In this document: positions 18,631-28,175 of the stretch, piece by piece
How positions within the stretch are numbered: position 1 is the stretch's first letter
Layout: each line of letters starts with the position of its first letter
DNA from: Pseudomonadota bacterium
GTDB lineage: Bacteria > Desulfobacterota > Desulfobacteria > Desulfobacterales > RPRI01
Direction of reading: 5' to 3'
Assembly (NCBI GenBank): GCA_043825875.1
Contig: JBDRRF010000079.1
Location: 128,001 to 192,000, forward strand
Length of the DNA stretch: 64,000 nucleotides
The notes under the pieces: model-generated
The model's database searches: none
Told to the model about the DNA's origin: nothing
The model's input: only the letters and a program-made list of their open reading frames with translations
Position numbers and translations under genes: made by a program

Positions 18631-21600
18631 TTTGTTTTTCCCCTGATAAAAATCGCTGATAAAGAAAAGAGACTAAAATCAATACAACGGCAAGGCCCAC
18701 AAATGCACCTACTCTGTATAGTTGGCCCAGTTTCCAGAGATCCAGTGTAAATATCTTAACGGATGTCCCAACAAGAAGTATAATAGCAGCCCAGCGGACT
18801 TTTATATTATCCCATTTGATGCCAACTATCATAAGACCTATTGAAAAAACCAGCCAGCCTATGCTGTATGCAAGCTGCATTGAAAGACTTCCATGTGTCA
18901 GCATGGAAAAGGGCCTTCCTTTTAACGCAAAGGCACTGGCTATTTCTATGTTTAATACGGTAAATGTGACAACCGCCAATATAACACCCAAAAAAGCTCT
19001 GGGTTGAAAATCCGTTATGGGCCAGAGCTGTTTCCAATTTCTTAATGTAAGATAGACAAGGCTTGAAATCACAAAAAGGAAAAGCAATGATGGGAGATTT
19101 AAAAGAGGCGTCATATCTCCGAATTCTGCCCTGAAGTAGTAAGGGAAAAACAGCGTTTTGATAATGCCCAACAGGATCAGGATTACTCCTGCAAATCTGA
19201 ACGGCCGGTCAAGCCGCTTCGGCCAGAGCAGAAGTCCAAGCCCGTATATGAACCAGCCTACAGCAGATGCCAAAGCTTTGGGCGCTGTGCTGGAATGAAA
19301 CAGCTCGAAGGAAAGACCAGGTTGTAAAATGGTGGCAGAAGATAATTTTAATAACATAAACCCGCTTACTAAAAAAATTGCCAGAAAAGTATTCTTCAAA
19401 CCGAACCCGGATTCTTTCAAAGGCTCTTTTATAAAAAGATAATACATTATTGCCATAAGCATAAGATATGAAATAAAGGACGGATTGAAAAACGGCCTCA
19501 TATGACCGATTGACTTCGGCAGTAATGCCGGAAGAATAATAATCACAAATGCTCCGGCAAATGACAGGCATAATCCCACAATGCACATAATCGTTGGCAA
19601 AGCACGCCTGCGCCACAATATAGCTCCAAATGCCGTCCAGGTGAGGGCATAGCATATCCAGTGCAAATAGTTTTTGCCGGGAAACACCATAAATTTTGTG
19701 CCGTGTGTTGCGAAAAGATCGGATATAATCAGGTTTACCAGATAAAAACCAGTACCGACTGCAAGCCACAGGAAATATTCGGGAAGATCCAGCTTTTTCC
19801 CTATTGTTCTATCAGGATATGATGACAGTTTGACTGCTGCACCCAGAGCAATAATGGATGCGGCTACCGATATCACAGCGCTGTTAATAACAGACATACT
19901 ATCTGTAACTTTTAACAAAGGAATGTTTATAAAAAGAATAATCAACCCTGCTGGTGCCAGGAAAGAAGCTGTCCATCTTAAGCCCGGATGTTCTATTCTC
20001 CTGTTAAGCCAGAGCAATGCAGCCGCTTCAAATACAAATGCTATTCCTATCCAGCCGTGATTCAAAACAATAACAGGAAGGGCGGAAATATAAAAAAGCA
20101 AAGCCCCGCCATGAAAAGCCAAAATAGTGTTTCGTTCTTCTTTGTCTTTCAATCTTTTTATCAAAATACTTACAACCGGAAGCTTGAACAATGCAAGTAC
20201 AAGAGGAGTCCATTTCATCAGAGGATCGTTCCAATACAAAGAAGTTGAATAAAGAACAAATACCCCCTGGAACACCTCAAACAAAGCCCAGGCATTAAAT
20301 ATCTGCTTCCATTTTTCTATTTCTTTAAAACCCAAAAACGGAACAATCAGTGCACAACAAAATAATCCCGAAGACCATGCAACAGCTGCAAACAAAAGGT
20401 TCATATCCTTGTTTGGGCTCATTACCCATATAGCCTGAGTAAAAACAGAAGCCAGAAGAGCCAATACGGCCGGTGGCTGAAACATGATTCTTTTGCTTAA
20501 AAATAAAGTCAGCACAAGAAAACATACCATTGTCAACATACCCGGATGGGGAAAATATGGATGTTTTACTATAAATGCAGCTCCCAGAAGAACAAATGCT
20601 CCAACCGCAGGTGTGGCAACAATCCATTGTTCGAGATTTTTTGCTTTTAAATCTATGGATTCTTTTTCAGGCAAAACCCTTTCAGGGAAAGAATCGGCTA
20701 AAATGTCGGGCAGTTTTTTTATAAAAACAAAAATTGCTACAGACAACAATATTCCTGAAAAAAGGATAAAGCCGAAAAAGCCGAAACCCAACACGCCTTG
20801 CGGAAAATTAAAAACCCAGTAAAGACCGCAGGCAATAAACAGTAATACAAGCAGGCATATCTGAATAAAAGCTTTTACCAAAAGACTTATGCCTATTCCA
20901 AGTAATTGCAGGCAAAGCAGCATGGGCCAGAACCAGAAGGATATAACCGGCGCCCTGAAAAAGCCGATCATACTTATAGCTACAATGGAAACCGGAAAAA
21001 GCCTGAACCAGTGTATTATCTTTTTATCAAACCCGTATTTTTTTATTAACAATATTGGGCCTAATCCTCCGGCAACACCATACAGAAGAAACAAAACTAA
21101 ATTAAAGGAAAAATATTGGGGGTTAAATCTCAATACTGCCCAGATGAAAGCAATGATAAATGTGACAACTGAAAACGGGATTACATCTGCATACCACCCG
21201 CGATTTCTATGCGCTAATATGATTGCCCCGGAGACTGATGCCGTTAATATAAAAAGCGCACCCCAGCCGGTTTTTACTATAAGCACAGCAGCCATGATCA
21301 GGGCAGAAATATACAAAAGTCTTCCCATCCATCGCGTTGTCTGATTTTCTTCCGGATCAATATTTGACCATCCCAGAAAGACAGAAAACAAGGCAAGATT
21401 TGCCACCCATACGCAAGCAATGGTATGGCCCGGCAGTTTATAATAATATGAAATTATGCCAAGAGACAATGTAATAAGGGTTCCGGCGCATGCAGTCAAA
21501 AGCAGCATCTGTGATTTCAGATATCTTACAACCTGATAAACCCCGATGTTTACTATTGCCAGATAGGCAAATAGCATCACGATATCACCACTTCCGGTGC

Positions 21601-22441
21601 TAACAATAATAGGGGTTATATTAGCACCGATTACACCCATAACCGATATGGCAACTCCCTTATAATACACCGCCAAAACAAAAGCAGTTGCCGAAACCAG
21701 TGTAAGAAAAGCAAATCCTATCGGTTTTGTAATAAATTGATAATAAATCGCAGCATATATAATTGCATAAAGTACACCTATGCCGCATGAAACCAGCGTA
21801 TACCGCATAACCGTATACTTTTCATTTTTGATCCAATGAGATACAATAATCATTGCGATACCGGCTAAAGCCCCGGCAGCAAGGCGCAAACTTAAAGGAA
21901 TCAGATTATTATCTATAGAGTATTTTACGAAAAAACCGGCAGCAATAAATAATGAAAGCCCGCCAAGCCATGCCGATATTTTCTTCCCTGTAAATTGCTC
22001 CCAATCAACATTTTCCTTAAATTTTTTCCAGCGGACCGCCCAGTCGGATTTGGTTTTTTCCGGTTTTTTTCCCGATTCCGCTTTTTGATCTTCTTCAACC
22101 GCAATCGATTCATCGGTTTGTTGCACAGGAAGTGAGGGAGGTAATTTTAAGACGTGTGTTTGCGTGATTGGTTCATATTTCTTCTCAGGCTTGATTTCAG
22201 GTGGTATGACTACCGAAGGTTTTTCTTGGGCTTCAGTCTTTTGTTTCTGTTCAACTTTTTCTTCCGGTTCTGCGTACTTTTCTTTTTGTCCTTCTGCTCT
22301 ATCGGTATCAGGATGACGCAATTCCAGAATCTTTTTTTCAAGCATATCAATACGAAAATTTAGCGTATCCCGAATTTTGTTAAGCTTTGAATAGAAAAAG
22401 ATAACTATTCCAACAAAAAGCAGAAAAATATAAAAATTCAT
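18620..22441 (-). CDS. DUF2339 family large multi-pass membrane protein
   Basis: WEQFTG..AWLGG..FFVKYS N-terminal block; C-terminal KIFTLDL..LYRVGAFVGL..SFLYQR block. Confidence 0.85.
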   Translation of the reverse strand: MNFYIFLLFVGIVIFFYSKLNKIRDTLNFRIDMLEKKILELRHPDTDRAEGQKEKYAEPEEKVEQKQKTEAQEKPSVVIPPEIKPEKKYEPITQTHVLKLPPSLPVQQTDESIAVEEDQKAESGKKPEKTKSDWAVRWKKFKENVDWEQFTGKKISAWLGGLSLFIAAGFFVKYSIDNNLIPLSLRLAAGALAGIAMIIVSHWIKNEKYTVMRYTLVSCGIGVLYAIIYAAIYYQFITKPIGFAFLTLVSATAFVLAVYYKGVAISVMGVIGANITPIIVSTGSGDIVMLFAYLAIVNIGVYQVVRYLKSQMLLLTACAGTLITLSLGIISYYYKLPGHTIACVWVANLALFSVFLGWSNIDPEENQTTRWMGRLLYISALIMAAVLIVKTGWGALFILTASVSGAIILAHRNRGWYADVIPFSVVTFIIAFIWAVLRFNPQYFSFNLVLFLLYGVAGGLGPILLIKKYGFDKKIIHWFRLFPVSIVAISMIGFFRAPVISFWFWPMLLCLQLLGIGISLLVKAFIQICLLVLLFIACGLYWVFNFPQGVLGFGFFGFILFSGILLSVAIFVFIKKLPDILADSFPERVLPEKESIDLKAKNLEQWIVATPAVGAFVLLGAAFIVKHPYFPHPGMLTMVCFLVLTLFLSKRIMFQPPAVLALLASVFTQAIWVMSPNKDMNLLFAAVAWSSGLFCCALIVPFLGFKEIEKWKQIFNAWALFEVFQGVFVLYSTSLYWNDPLMKWTPLVLALFKLPVVSILIKRLKDKEERNTILAFHGGALLFYISALPVIVLNHGWIGIAFVFEAAALLWLNRRIEHPGLRWTASFLAPAGLIILFINIPLLKVTDSMSVINSAVISVAASIIALGAAVKLSSYPDRTIGKKLDLPEYFLWLAVGTGFYLVNLIISDLFATHGTKFMVFPGKNYLHWICYALTWTAFGAILWRRRALPTIMCIVGLCLSFAGAFVIIILPALLPKSIGHMRPFFNPSFISYLMLMAIMYYLFIKEPLKESGFGLKNTFLAIFLVSGFMLLKLSSATILQPGLSFELFHSSTAPKALASAVGWFIYGLGLLLWPKRLDRPFRFAGVILILLGIIKTLFFPYYFRAEFGDMTPLLNLPSLLFLFVISSLVYLTLRNWKQLWPITDFQPRAFLGVILAVVTFTVLNIEIASAFALKGRPFSMLTHGSLSMQLAYSIGWLVFSIGLMIVGIKWDNIKVRWAAIILLVGTSVKIFTLDLWKLGQLYRVGAFVGLAVVLILVSFLYQRFLSGEKQNET

Positions 22442-22457
22442 ATATTATCCTTTCACT

Positions 22458-22727
22458 TCACAAGATATATGCCTGATTCTTTTCTACTTCGATATGATTA
22501 TAGTCGATAGCAGTTTCAAGAACTGTGGCACATCCGCCTTCGATATTAGAGATGTCAGGGCTTTGACCCAGCATTGAATTGAGTGTTTTACTTTCACCCA
22601 TACGTACAAATTGAATAAGCGCTGTTGCTGATGCTAAAGGGGTAAAAAGAAAGGAATAAATAAGACAAACAAAAATTGCAGTAATGAATATGAAAAGGTA
22701 CCGGCTTTTACAGATAAAGGTTTCCAT
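22458..22727 (-). CDS. short exported protein with a single ankyrin-like repeat, possibly truncated
   Basis: Signal-like N-terminus; GCATVLETAIDYNHIEV resembles an ankyrin repeat, then the ORF ends abruptly. Confidence 0.4.
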   Translation of the reverse strand: METFICKSRYLFIFITAIFVCLIYSFLFTPLASATALIQFVRMGESKTLNSMLGQSPDISNIEGGCATVLETAIDYNHIEVEKNQAYIL

Positions 22728-22949
22728 TTCAATTATGTCCTTTTACTTTATCTTGAAAATGTACTCTTGCTTACCGATAAAATGATAACGCGAATAAATG
22801 TTTTGATTCACAGAAAGTACCTAACCCGTCAATAAAAGAGCAATTCATAAAAAATGAATATTGTAGCTGATTTTCGGCATTTAAATATCAGATACTATCA
22901 ATATTGTCAACAACAAACCCATTTAAATAACAGAGAAATAAATACTACG

Positions 22950-23261
22950 TTAGACAAACCAGCATCCGTTAGTAAATTGGCAATCTAATGAATCCAAGGC
23001 CATATGAATTACCAGCCCAATGCCTATATATCGCAGTTTTGGGATGAAACAAAGAGCAGCATAAATTGCTATGGGCAAAAATCCATGTAAAGGATGGAAG
23101 CCGATACCGCAACGCCACGGATCATACACCGGACTTGCGATAAGATGATCAATGTCTACAAGTATTGTGGAAACCATTACAAAATAGGCTGTTTTCCAAT
23201 CCCGCCGGAAAAACAGGCCGACTATAATTGCCGGAACAAGAAAATGTAAAAAAATATGTAT
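22950..23261 (-). CDS. DUF6122-like small membrane protein (start uncertain)
   Basis: Frame extends upstream of the tracked ATG to IHIFLHFLVP; VDIDHL..YDP.RCGIGFHPLH motif. Confidence 0.7.
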   Translation of the reverse strand: MHIFLHFLVPAIIVGLFFRRDWKTAYFVMVSTILVDIDHLIASPVYDPWRCGIGFHPLHGFLPIAIYAALCFIPKLRYIGIGLVIHMALDSLDCQFTNGCWFV

Positions 23262-23368
23262 AACATACTCCTTCTGTTTATTGGACGACTATTCTTTTTA
23301 GAGCAACAATCTTTCAGCAAAATATTTTATTTATACTCATTTGTTTTATGAGAAGTTTTGGATTGATT

Positions 23369-25027
23369 TCATAGTGCCCTGTCTTCTATCCCCATATCTT
23401 TCAACAGGTTTGTTCTAACGGTCAATTTATCCGCTTTACCGCTGGGAAGTAAAGGTAATGGCAATGACTGAATTTTGATAATGTCTGGTTTTTTGTAATT
23501 CGCAAGGTTTTCACTAAACCTTAAGCGAACATCTTCTTCAGTCAAAAGCATTCCATCTTTTACAACAATATTTAGAAACGTTTTTTCACCCAGAACATTA
23601 TCCGGATAACTGACCAAAACTGCTGTATTTACTTCAGGCATATTCATAACAAAAGCCTCGATTTCACCCGGATAGATATTAAAGCCACCTCTCATGATTA
23701 TCTCTTTTTTACGGCTAACCAGTTGAATGTTTCCCTGTTCATCAATAAACTTGGCCATATCACCGGAATGCCAAAAGCCTTGACTATCTTTTTCTTTTTT
23801 TGTCAAATCCGGTTTGTTCCAGTAAAATTTAAAAATAGATGGCCCCTTAAACCATAATTCACCAACCCCCCCTCTTGGCAATTCATCACCTTTCTCATCA
23901 CAAATTTTTAATTCAACATTTGAAAGCGTTCTGCCTAGAGTATTATATGCAATTTCTTCCGGGTCATCTCTTCGGGTCATTAATACTCCACCGGCTTCTG
24001 AGCTTCCCATAAGCTGAAGAAGACATATGTCATATATTTTCTTAAAAAGTTTCATTTGTTCAGGAGGTGCATAATATCCAACAGTTATACCGAATTTAAA
24101 AGAGGAAAGGTCACAATTTGAAAGTTCCGGCATTTTTATAATCGGCAGCATATACATTGTAGGAACACCGGTAAACCATGTAACTTTTTCTTTTTCTATA
24201 AGGTCTATAAATAAGAAAGGGTCATAGGTTTCCATTAAAACAATTTTTTGTCCTAGTAAAAAAGCTACATTAAAAAATATCTCAATTCCTGTCATATGAG
24301 CCCAGGGCGCTGCAAGAAGTAGTATATCCTTTTGTGTTAAAAACCATACTTCTTTTATAAATGCCTTGGAGTTGCAAAGCAGAGAATCATGGGAATGCAC
24401 AACCCCTTTAGGAACACCTGTTGTACCCGAAGTATACAATATCAACAGTTCATCGGATGACTCAGGCCTGTTTGCCTCCATTTTTGATAAATCAGTGGTC
24501 GCAGTGTTGACAAGACTATCAAAAGAAAGAAAAGGCTCTTTAACAAAAGTATCTTTTCCATAAACAATTATATGTTCAAGAGTAGGAGTTTTTTCTTTTA
24601 TTTCTTTCGCAGCTTTTGAAAAGTTAAAATTGTCAAATTCATCAACCGTTACCAAAATCTTGCAACCGGAATCTTTTACAAAATATTCAAGCTCCATCTT
24701 ACGATAACGGGAATTGATTGGAACTGCTACTATCCCGACTCTTACAGCCGCAAACCAGGCAATCAATACTTCCGGATGGTTCGGGCCCCAAATTCCCAGC
24801 CGGTCTCCTTTTTTCATACCAAGGCTAAGAAGGTTCGGTGCCAGATTTTTGGTCAATAGATCCAGTTCCTTCCAGCTTATTCTTCTATCTCCGTATACAA
24901 TCACCGTTTCATCCGGTTTTTGTTTTACCCATTTATCAAGAATATCTCCGGCAGTCTCTCCCTCGGTTTTTGTCCAATATTTTGAATAATCGACATTACT
25001 ACTCATCTTATTAAATTCCTGTACCAT
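23369..25027 (-). CDS. AMP-dependent acyl-CoA synthetase
   Basis: YTSGTTGVPKG, GSSE, HSGD, RGGFNIYP and SGKADK adenylation motifs. Confidence 0.92.
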   Translation of the reverse strand: MVQEFNKMSSNVDYSKYWTKTEGETAGDILDKWVKQKPDETVIVYGDRRISWKELDLLTKNLAPNLLSLGMKKGDRLGIWGPNHPEVLIAWFAAVRVGIVAVPINSRYRKMELEYFVKDSGCKILVTVDEFDNFNFSKAAKEIKEKTPTLEHIIVYGKDTFVKEPFLSFDSLVNTATTDLSKMEANRPESSDELLILYTSGTTGVPKGVVHSHDSLLCNSKAFIKEVWFLTQKDILLLAAPWAHMTGIEIFFNVAFLLGQKIVLMETYDPFLFIDLIEKEKVTWFTGVPTMYMLPIIKMPELSNCDLSSFKFGITVGYYAPPEQMKLFKKIYDICLLQLMGSSEAGGVLMTRRDDPEEIAYNTLGRTLSNVELKICDEKGDELPRGGVGELWFKGPSIFKFYWNKPDLTKKEKDSQGFWHSGDMAKFIDEQGNIQLVSRKKEIIMRGGFNIYPGEIEAFVMNMPEVNTAVLVSYPDNVLGEKTFLNIVVKDGMLLTEEDVRLRFSENLANYKKPDIIKIQSLPLPLLPSGKADKLTVRTNLLKDMGIEDRAL

Positions 25028-25048
25028 TTTATTACAAGCTACATTACT

Positions 25049-26182
25049 TCAGCTCAGGCTCAATTGGGAAAGCCATTTATGGGCAATCCTTATTTCAGCA
25101 CCATTTGGATAAGTTTTTTCTCTTTTCAGTTCCTTTGTCACCTGTATCATTTTTATTCGTGGAAAATATTTTTTAAATATTTCAAAATTTGAACTCAGAT
25201 TTTCATCATTCCATTTTACTTCTATCATTAATGAAGGAGAATTATCAGTTGTTATACAAAAATCAATTTCTTTACCATCTTTATTCATTAAATAGTAGAG
25301 TTGTTTTGTTTCTCCAAAACAATCTTCAAAAAAATGAATTTGTTTTTGTAAGGCGCATGCAACAGTATTTTCCAGCTTAATACCTAAATCTCCTACCACT
25401 TGCCCTGTATCGTAAAAATAGAATTTGGGCGTTTTTTGAATCGCCCGGGCAATGTTTTTATGGAATGGAGACACTTTAAAAATGACATACATGTTTTCAA
25501 GTATTGTCAGCCACCGTTTGACTGTTTTATCCGAGCATTGAAGATCCCGGGCCAGAGAACTGTATGATACAGGGCTGCCCACTCTATTTTTTAACAATTG
25601 GATAAGAGTTTCTATCTGTACGATCTGTTGAACATTTTCAAGATCAATCAGATCCTGTTTCAAGATGATATCAAGATGCGATTTTTTCCAGCGGTTATAA
25701 AATCTTGTTGTACCGGCAAGAAACGGTTCGGGAAAACCGCCCAAAGCCAATAGCTTATCAAGTTCATCCTCAAGGTTTTCCGGCGATAAAAAATCACGAA
25801 TTTCCTTTAAATCCAAAGGATGCATTCTGAACTGGAAAAATCTGCCTGCCAAAGAATCGCCCACTTTTTTACACGTATCAAGTTTAGCGCTTCCTGTAAC
25901 AACTATAGACGGAGAAATGCCTTCCGTATCATAAATGCCTTTAAGCCAAGATTTCCAGTTTTTTAACTTATGAAGCTCATCAAAAATGACAAGTTCTTTT
26001 GATCGATCCCAGGATTTCTTTTGCAGATTTAAACGGTCATCTATATTATCAAAGTTGAAATAATCAAATTCGGTTTTCAACATTTTAGACAATGTAGTTT
26101 TTCCGGTTTGTCTTGGTCCGCTCAGCAGTATAATTTTTTTATCTATATCTTCTTTAATATATTTTGCAAGGTATCTTTCCAT
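25049..26182 (-). CDS. AAA+ ATPase (AAA_14) with DUF4143 and C-terminal PD-(D/E)XK-like motif
   Basis: GPRQTGKTT, FDELH, TGSA, SLAGR, GGFPE, KFYFYDTG and EIDF..IEVK motifs; start placed at MERYL from promoter geometry. Confidence 0.88.
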   Translation of the reverse strand: MERYLAKYIKEDIDKKIILLSGPRQTGKTTLSKMLKTEFDYFNFDNIDDRLNLQKKSWDRSKELVIFDELHKLKNWKSWLKGIYDTEGISPSIVVTGSAKLDTCKKVGDSLAGRFFQFRMHPLDLKEIRDFLSPENLEDELDKLLALGGFPEPFLAGTTRFYNRWKKSHLDIILKQDLIDLENVQQIVQIETLIQLLKNRVGSPVSYSSLARDLQCSDKTVKRWLTILENMYVIFKVSPFHKNIARAIQKTPKFYFYDTGQVVGDLGIKLENTVACALQKQIHFFEDCFGETKQLYYLMNKDGKEIDFCITTDNSPSLMIEVKWNDENLSSNFEIFKKYFPRIKMIQVTKELKREKTYPNGAEIRIAHKWLSQLSLS

Positions 26183-26189
26183 AACGACT

Positions 26190-26232
26190 ATTATGGCATG
26201 CACTCCGAAATAGTCAAGACTTTTTCGGAATG
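26190..26232 (-). promoter_or_regulatory. promoter with an overlapping inverted repeat, directly upstream of the ATG
   Basis: TTGACT-N16-CATAAT (preceded by TGn) 7 nt before the ATG; inverted repeat CACTCCGAAATAGTC-AA-GACTTTTTCGGAATG. Confidence 0.6.
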
Positions 26233-26550
26233 TATACCGAATTAACCGTATTTATTTAAGTGAATATTATGTAATATAATAAAGCAAATTAAATACATAT
26301 GCGATTTGTATCTTTGTGGTCTTAAACAAAATGCCAGGGATTTTCTTAAGCGGTTAGGATATCTTGACAGTATTGGGACTGATCATATCTCACCTTGCCT
26401 TAGGATTATCTTTATGCTAATGAAATTAAATATTAACAAAGATTAAAACTCCATGCAGCAAACAGAGTTATCCTCCTACTGTAAGACTTTTAATTTAATT
26501 GCTCTTGTTATATTCAAAAAACCCCGAGTGGGAAAATAAAGGAGGGAAGC

Positions 26551-26670
26551 ATGTCTAAATTTTTTTCGCAAGGGATGATAGGGAAGCTGGAACTAAATAA
26601 CAGGATGATTCGCACGGCATCCCATGAAGGACTGGCCGACTTGTATGGGGCACCAACGGAGTAACAATTC
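26551..26670 (+). pseudogene. truncated 5' copy of NADH:flavin oxidoreductase
   Basis: MSKFFSQGMIGKLELNNRMIRTASHEGLAD..GAPTE* matches the N-terminus of 37123-38331, including the upstream leader and SD. Confidence 0.85.
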
Positions 26671-26671
26671 C

Positions 26672-26981
26672 AGTGAACAGCGTGCAGACTTCCGGCCGGT
26701 GTCTCATTGCGAGAGAGCTTGGAGAACCTTTGTAGATGAGAAAGCAAAAGACAGCCATTAGAGCCGGTGCGCTCATCGACTTTGCCTTGAAATGGAAATC
26801 CATAAACTGGAAATATGCAATGAGTCAGGTCAGAAGGCTGCAAGTACCTATCGCAAAGGCTGTTAAGGAAAGCAGGTGGAATAAAACTAAATCACTACAA
26901 TATCTGTTAACCCGCTCTCTCTACGCCAAGTTACTGGCTGTGAAGCGAGTGACCTCCAACAAGGGGAAAAAGACTCCCGGC
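26672..26981 (+). mobile_element. group II intron remnant (N-terminal RVT_N part of the intron-encoded RT)
   Basis: WKSINW..VRRLQ..IAKA..LQYLLTRS..AKLLAVKRVTSNKGKKTPG; no YADD core follows. Confidence 0.85.
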
Positions 26982-26996
26982 TACCAGGTGAATCTC

Positions 26997-27737
26997 ATGA
27001 ATCTTACAAGAACATTGATACTATTGTGCGCAATCAGTCTGCTAACTGCTTGCGCAACACGTGCTCCCCAAAAAACTCAATGGATTGAAGAAGCATTACT
27101 GCATGATGGTCGTATTATTCATGTAACTAGAGCAATAAAAACAGGTCTGAATTTTGCCATAATTAGATTACCCGACACAAACGGTGTGCCAAAATTTTAT
27201 TCCGTCGAAACACAGAACCCAAATACAGGTGAAGCTGTTTCGTGGGACAGTGAAGACAGTGAAGCACGTCCAATATTCATAGATTTTGATGGAACAATAA
27301 CATATTTAGTCGTTTATGTACCTGGGTTTGACAATACAGAGAAAAAATACGGATGTATTTTTCCACCGTATCTTTTTTTACGACATGACCGAGGTAATAA
27401 GTGGGTTAGAGTTAATCCAAAAGAGGCACCAGAATTCATCAAATATGCTAATTTGTCGTTTGCGTTAATGAAATATCAAATAACTTTAATGCCTAATATG
27501 GAAATTATGCAAGAGGATGAGCGTGAAAGAATTTTAAAAGTACCGGAAGAAAAAAGAGCTGGTTATCAAACAGTTGCAAAAATCAGGCATGAAAACTTGG
27601 AGAAAGAAAGAGAAGGGTACCTTTTTCAGATTGATATTCCACGTAGCATTTCGGATCTGAAGACAAAAAGAAAAATTTTCAGCGGAAATCGAAGATTTAT
27701 GCCTAATAGATGCAAGCAATTTCCTGATGATATGTAG
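26997..27737 (+). CDS. hypothetical lipoprotein (gene-cassette-like)
   Basis: AGGTG SD-like site, signal peptide with lipobox LTAC, WIEEALLHDGR motif; followed by an attC-like site. Confidence 0.75.
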   Translation: MNLTRTLILLCAISLLTACATRAPQKTQWIEEALLHDGRIIHVTRAIKTGLNFAIIRLPDTNGVPKFYSVETQNPNTGEAVSWDSEDSEARPIFIDFDGTITYLVVYVPGFDNTEKKYGCIFPPYLFLRHDRGNKWVRVNPKEAPEFIKYANLSFALMKYQITLMPNMEIMQEDERERILKVPEEKRAGYQTVAKIRHENLEKEREGYLFQIDIPRSISDLKTKRKIFSGNRRFMPNRCKQFPDDM

Positions 27738-27750
27738 CAAATCAAAATAT

Positions 27751-27882
27751 TCCTACCGGCTCAATTAACTCGGGCTGCCTCACTGTGTGCTGAATTTCAC
27801 CAGTGTCCAAATCGGTAGGTAGCAAGTTAGTCAAGCAGCACCACTCCGGAGTAGCCAGCTGGTTATCTCATGCACATTAGGT
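27751..27882 (+). other. degenerate integron attC-like site
   Basis: TCCTACC (R'' one change from ..TAAC), TAACTCGGGCTG / CAGCTGGTTA L-box arms, ATTAGGT (R' one change from GTTAGGT). Confidence 0.5.
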
Positions 27883-28175
27883 AAATTATGGAAATATTCA
27901 TACCAATCTTATTTGGCATTTGTGGCACTGTAATATGGAAATTATGGGAATGGCCAGGATTGATATCGCTATTTGCAATAATGACAGGGGAAAATTTATG
28001 GAAAGTATTTATCTATTAAACTTGCTGGAAATTATTTAAGCTCACAGCTTTATACCTCAGAATTTAGAAAAATTGTGTTAAGTTAATTAAACATTCACCG
28101 CTGCAAACAACGGGGAATATTCACGTACTTTTTCCGTAGATATAATTTAACCCATGATCAGGAGGTTTTGTCTTT

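Noticed and set aside
26736..27737. Retron, DGR or other functional RT system
   Set aside because: Only RVT_N is present; no YADD/YxDD core, template/variable repeat pair or msr-msd seen
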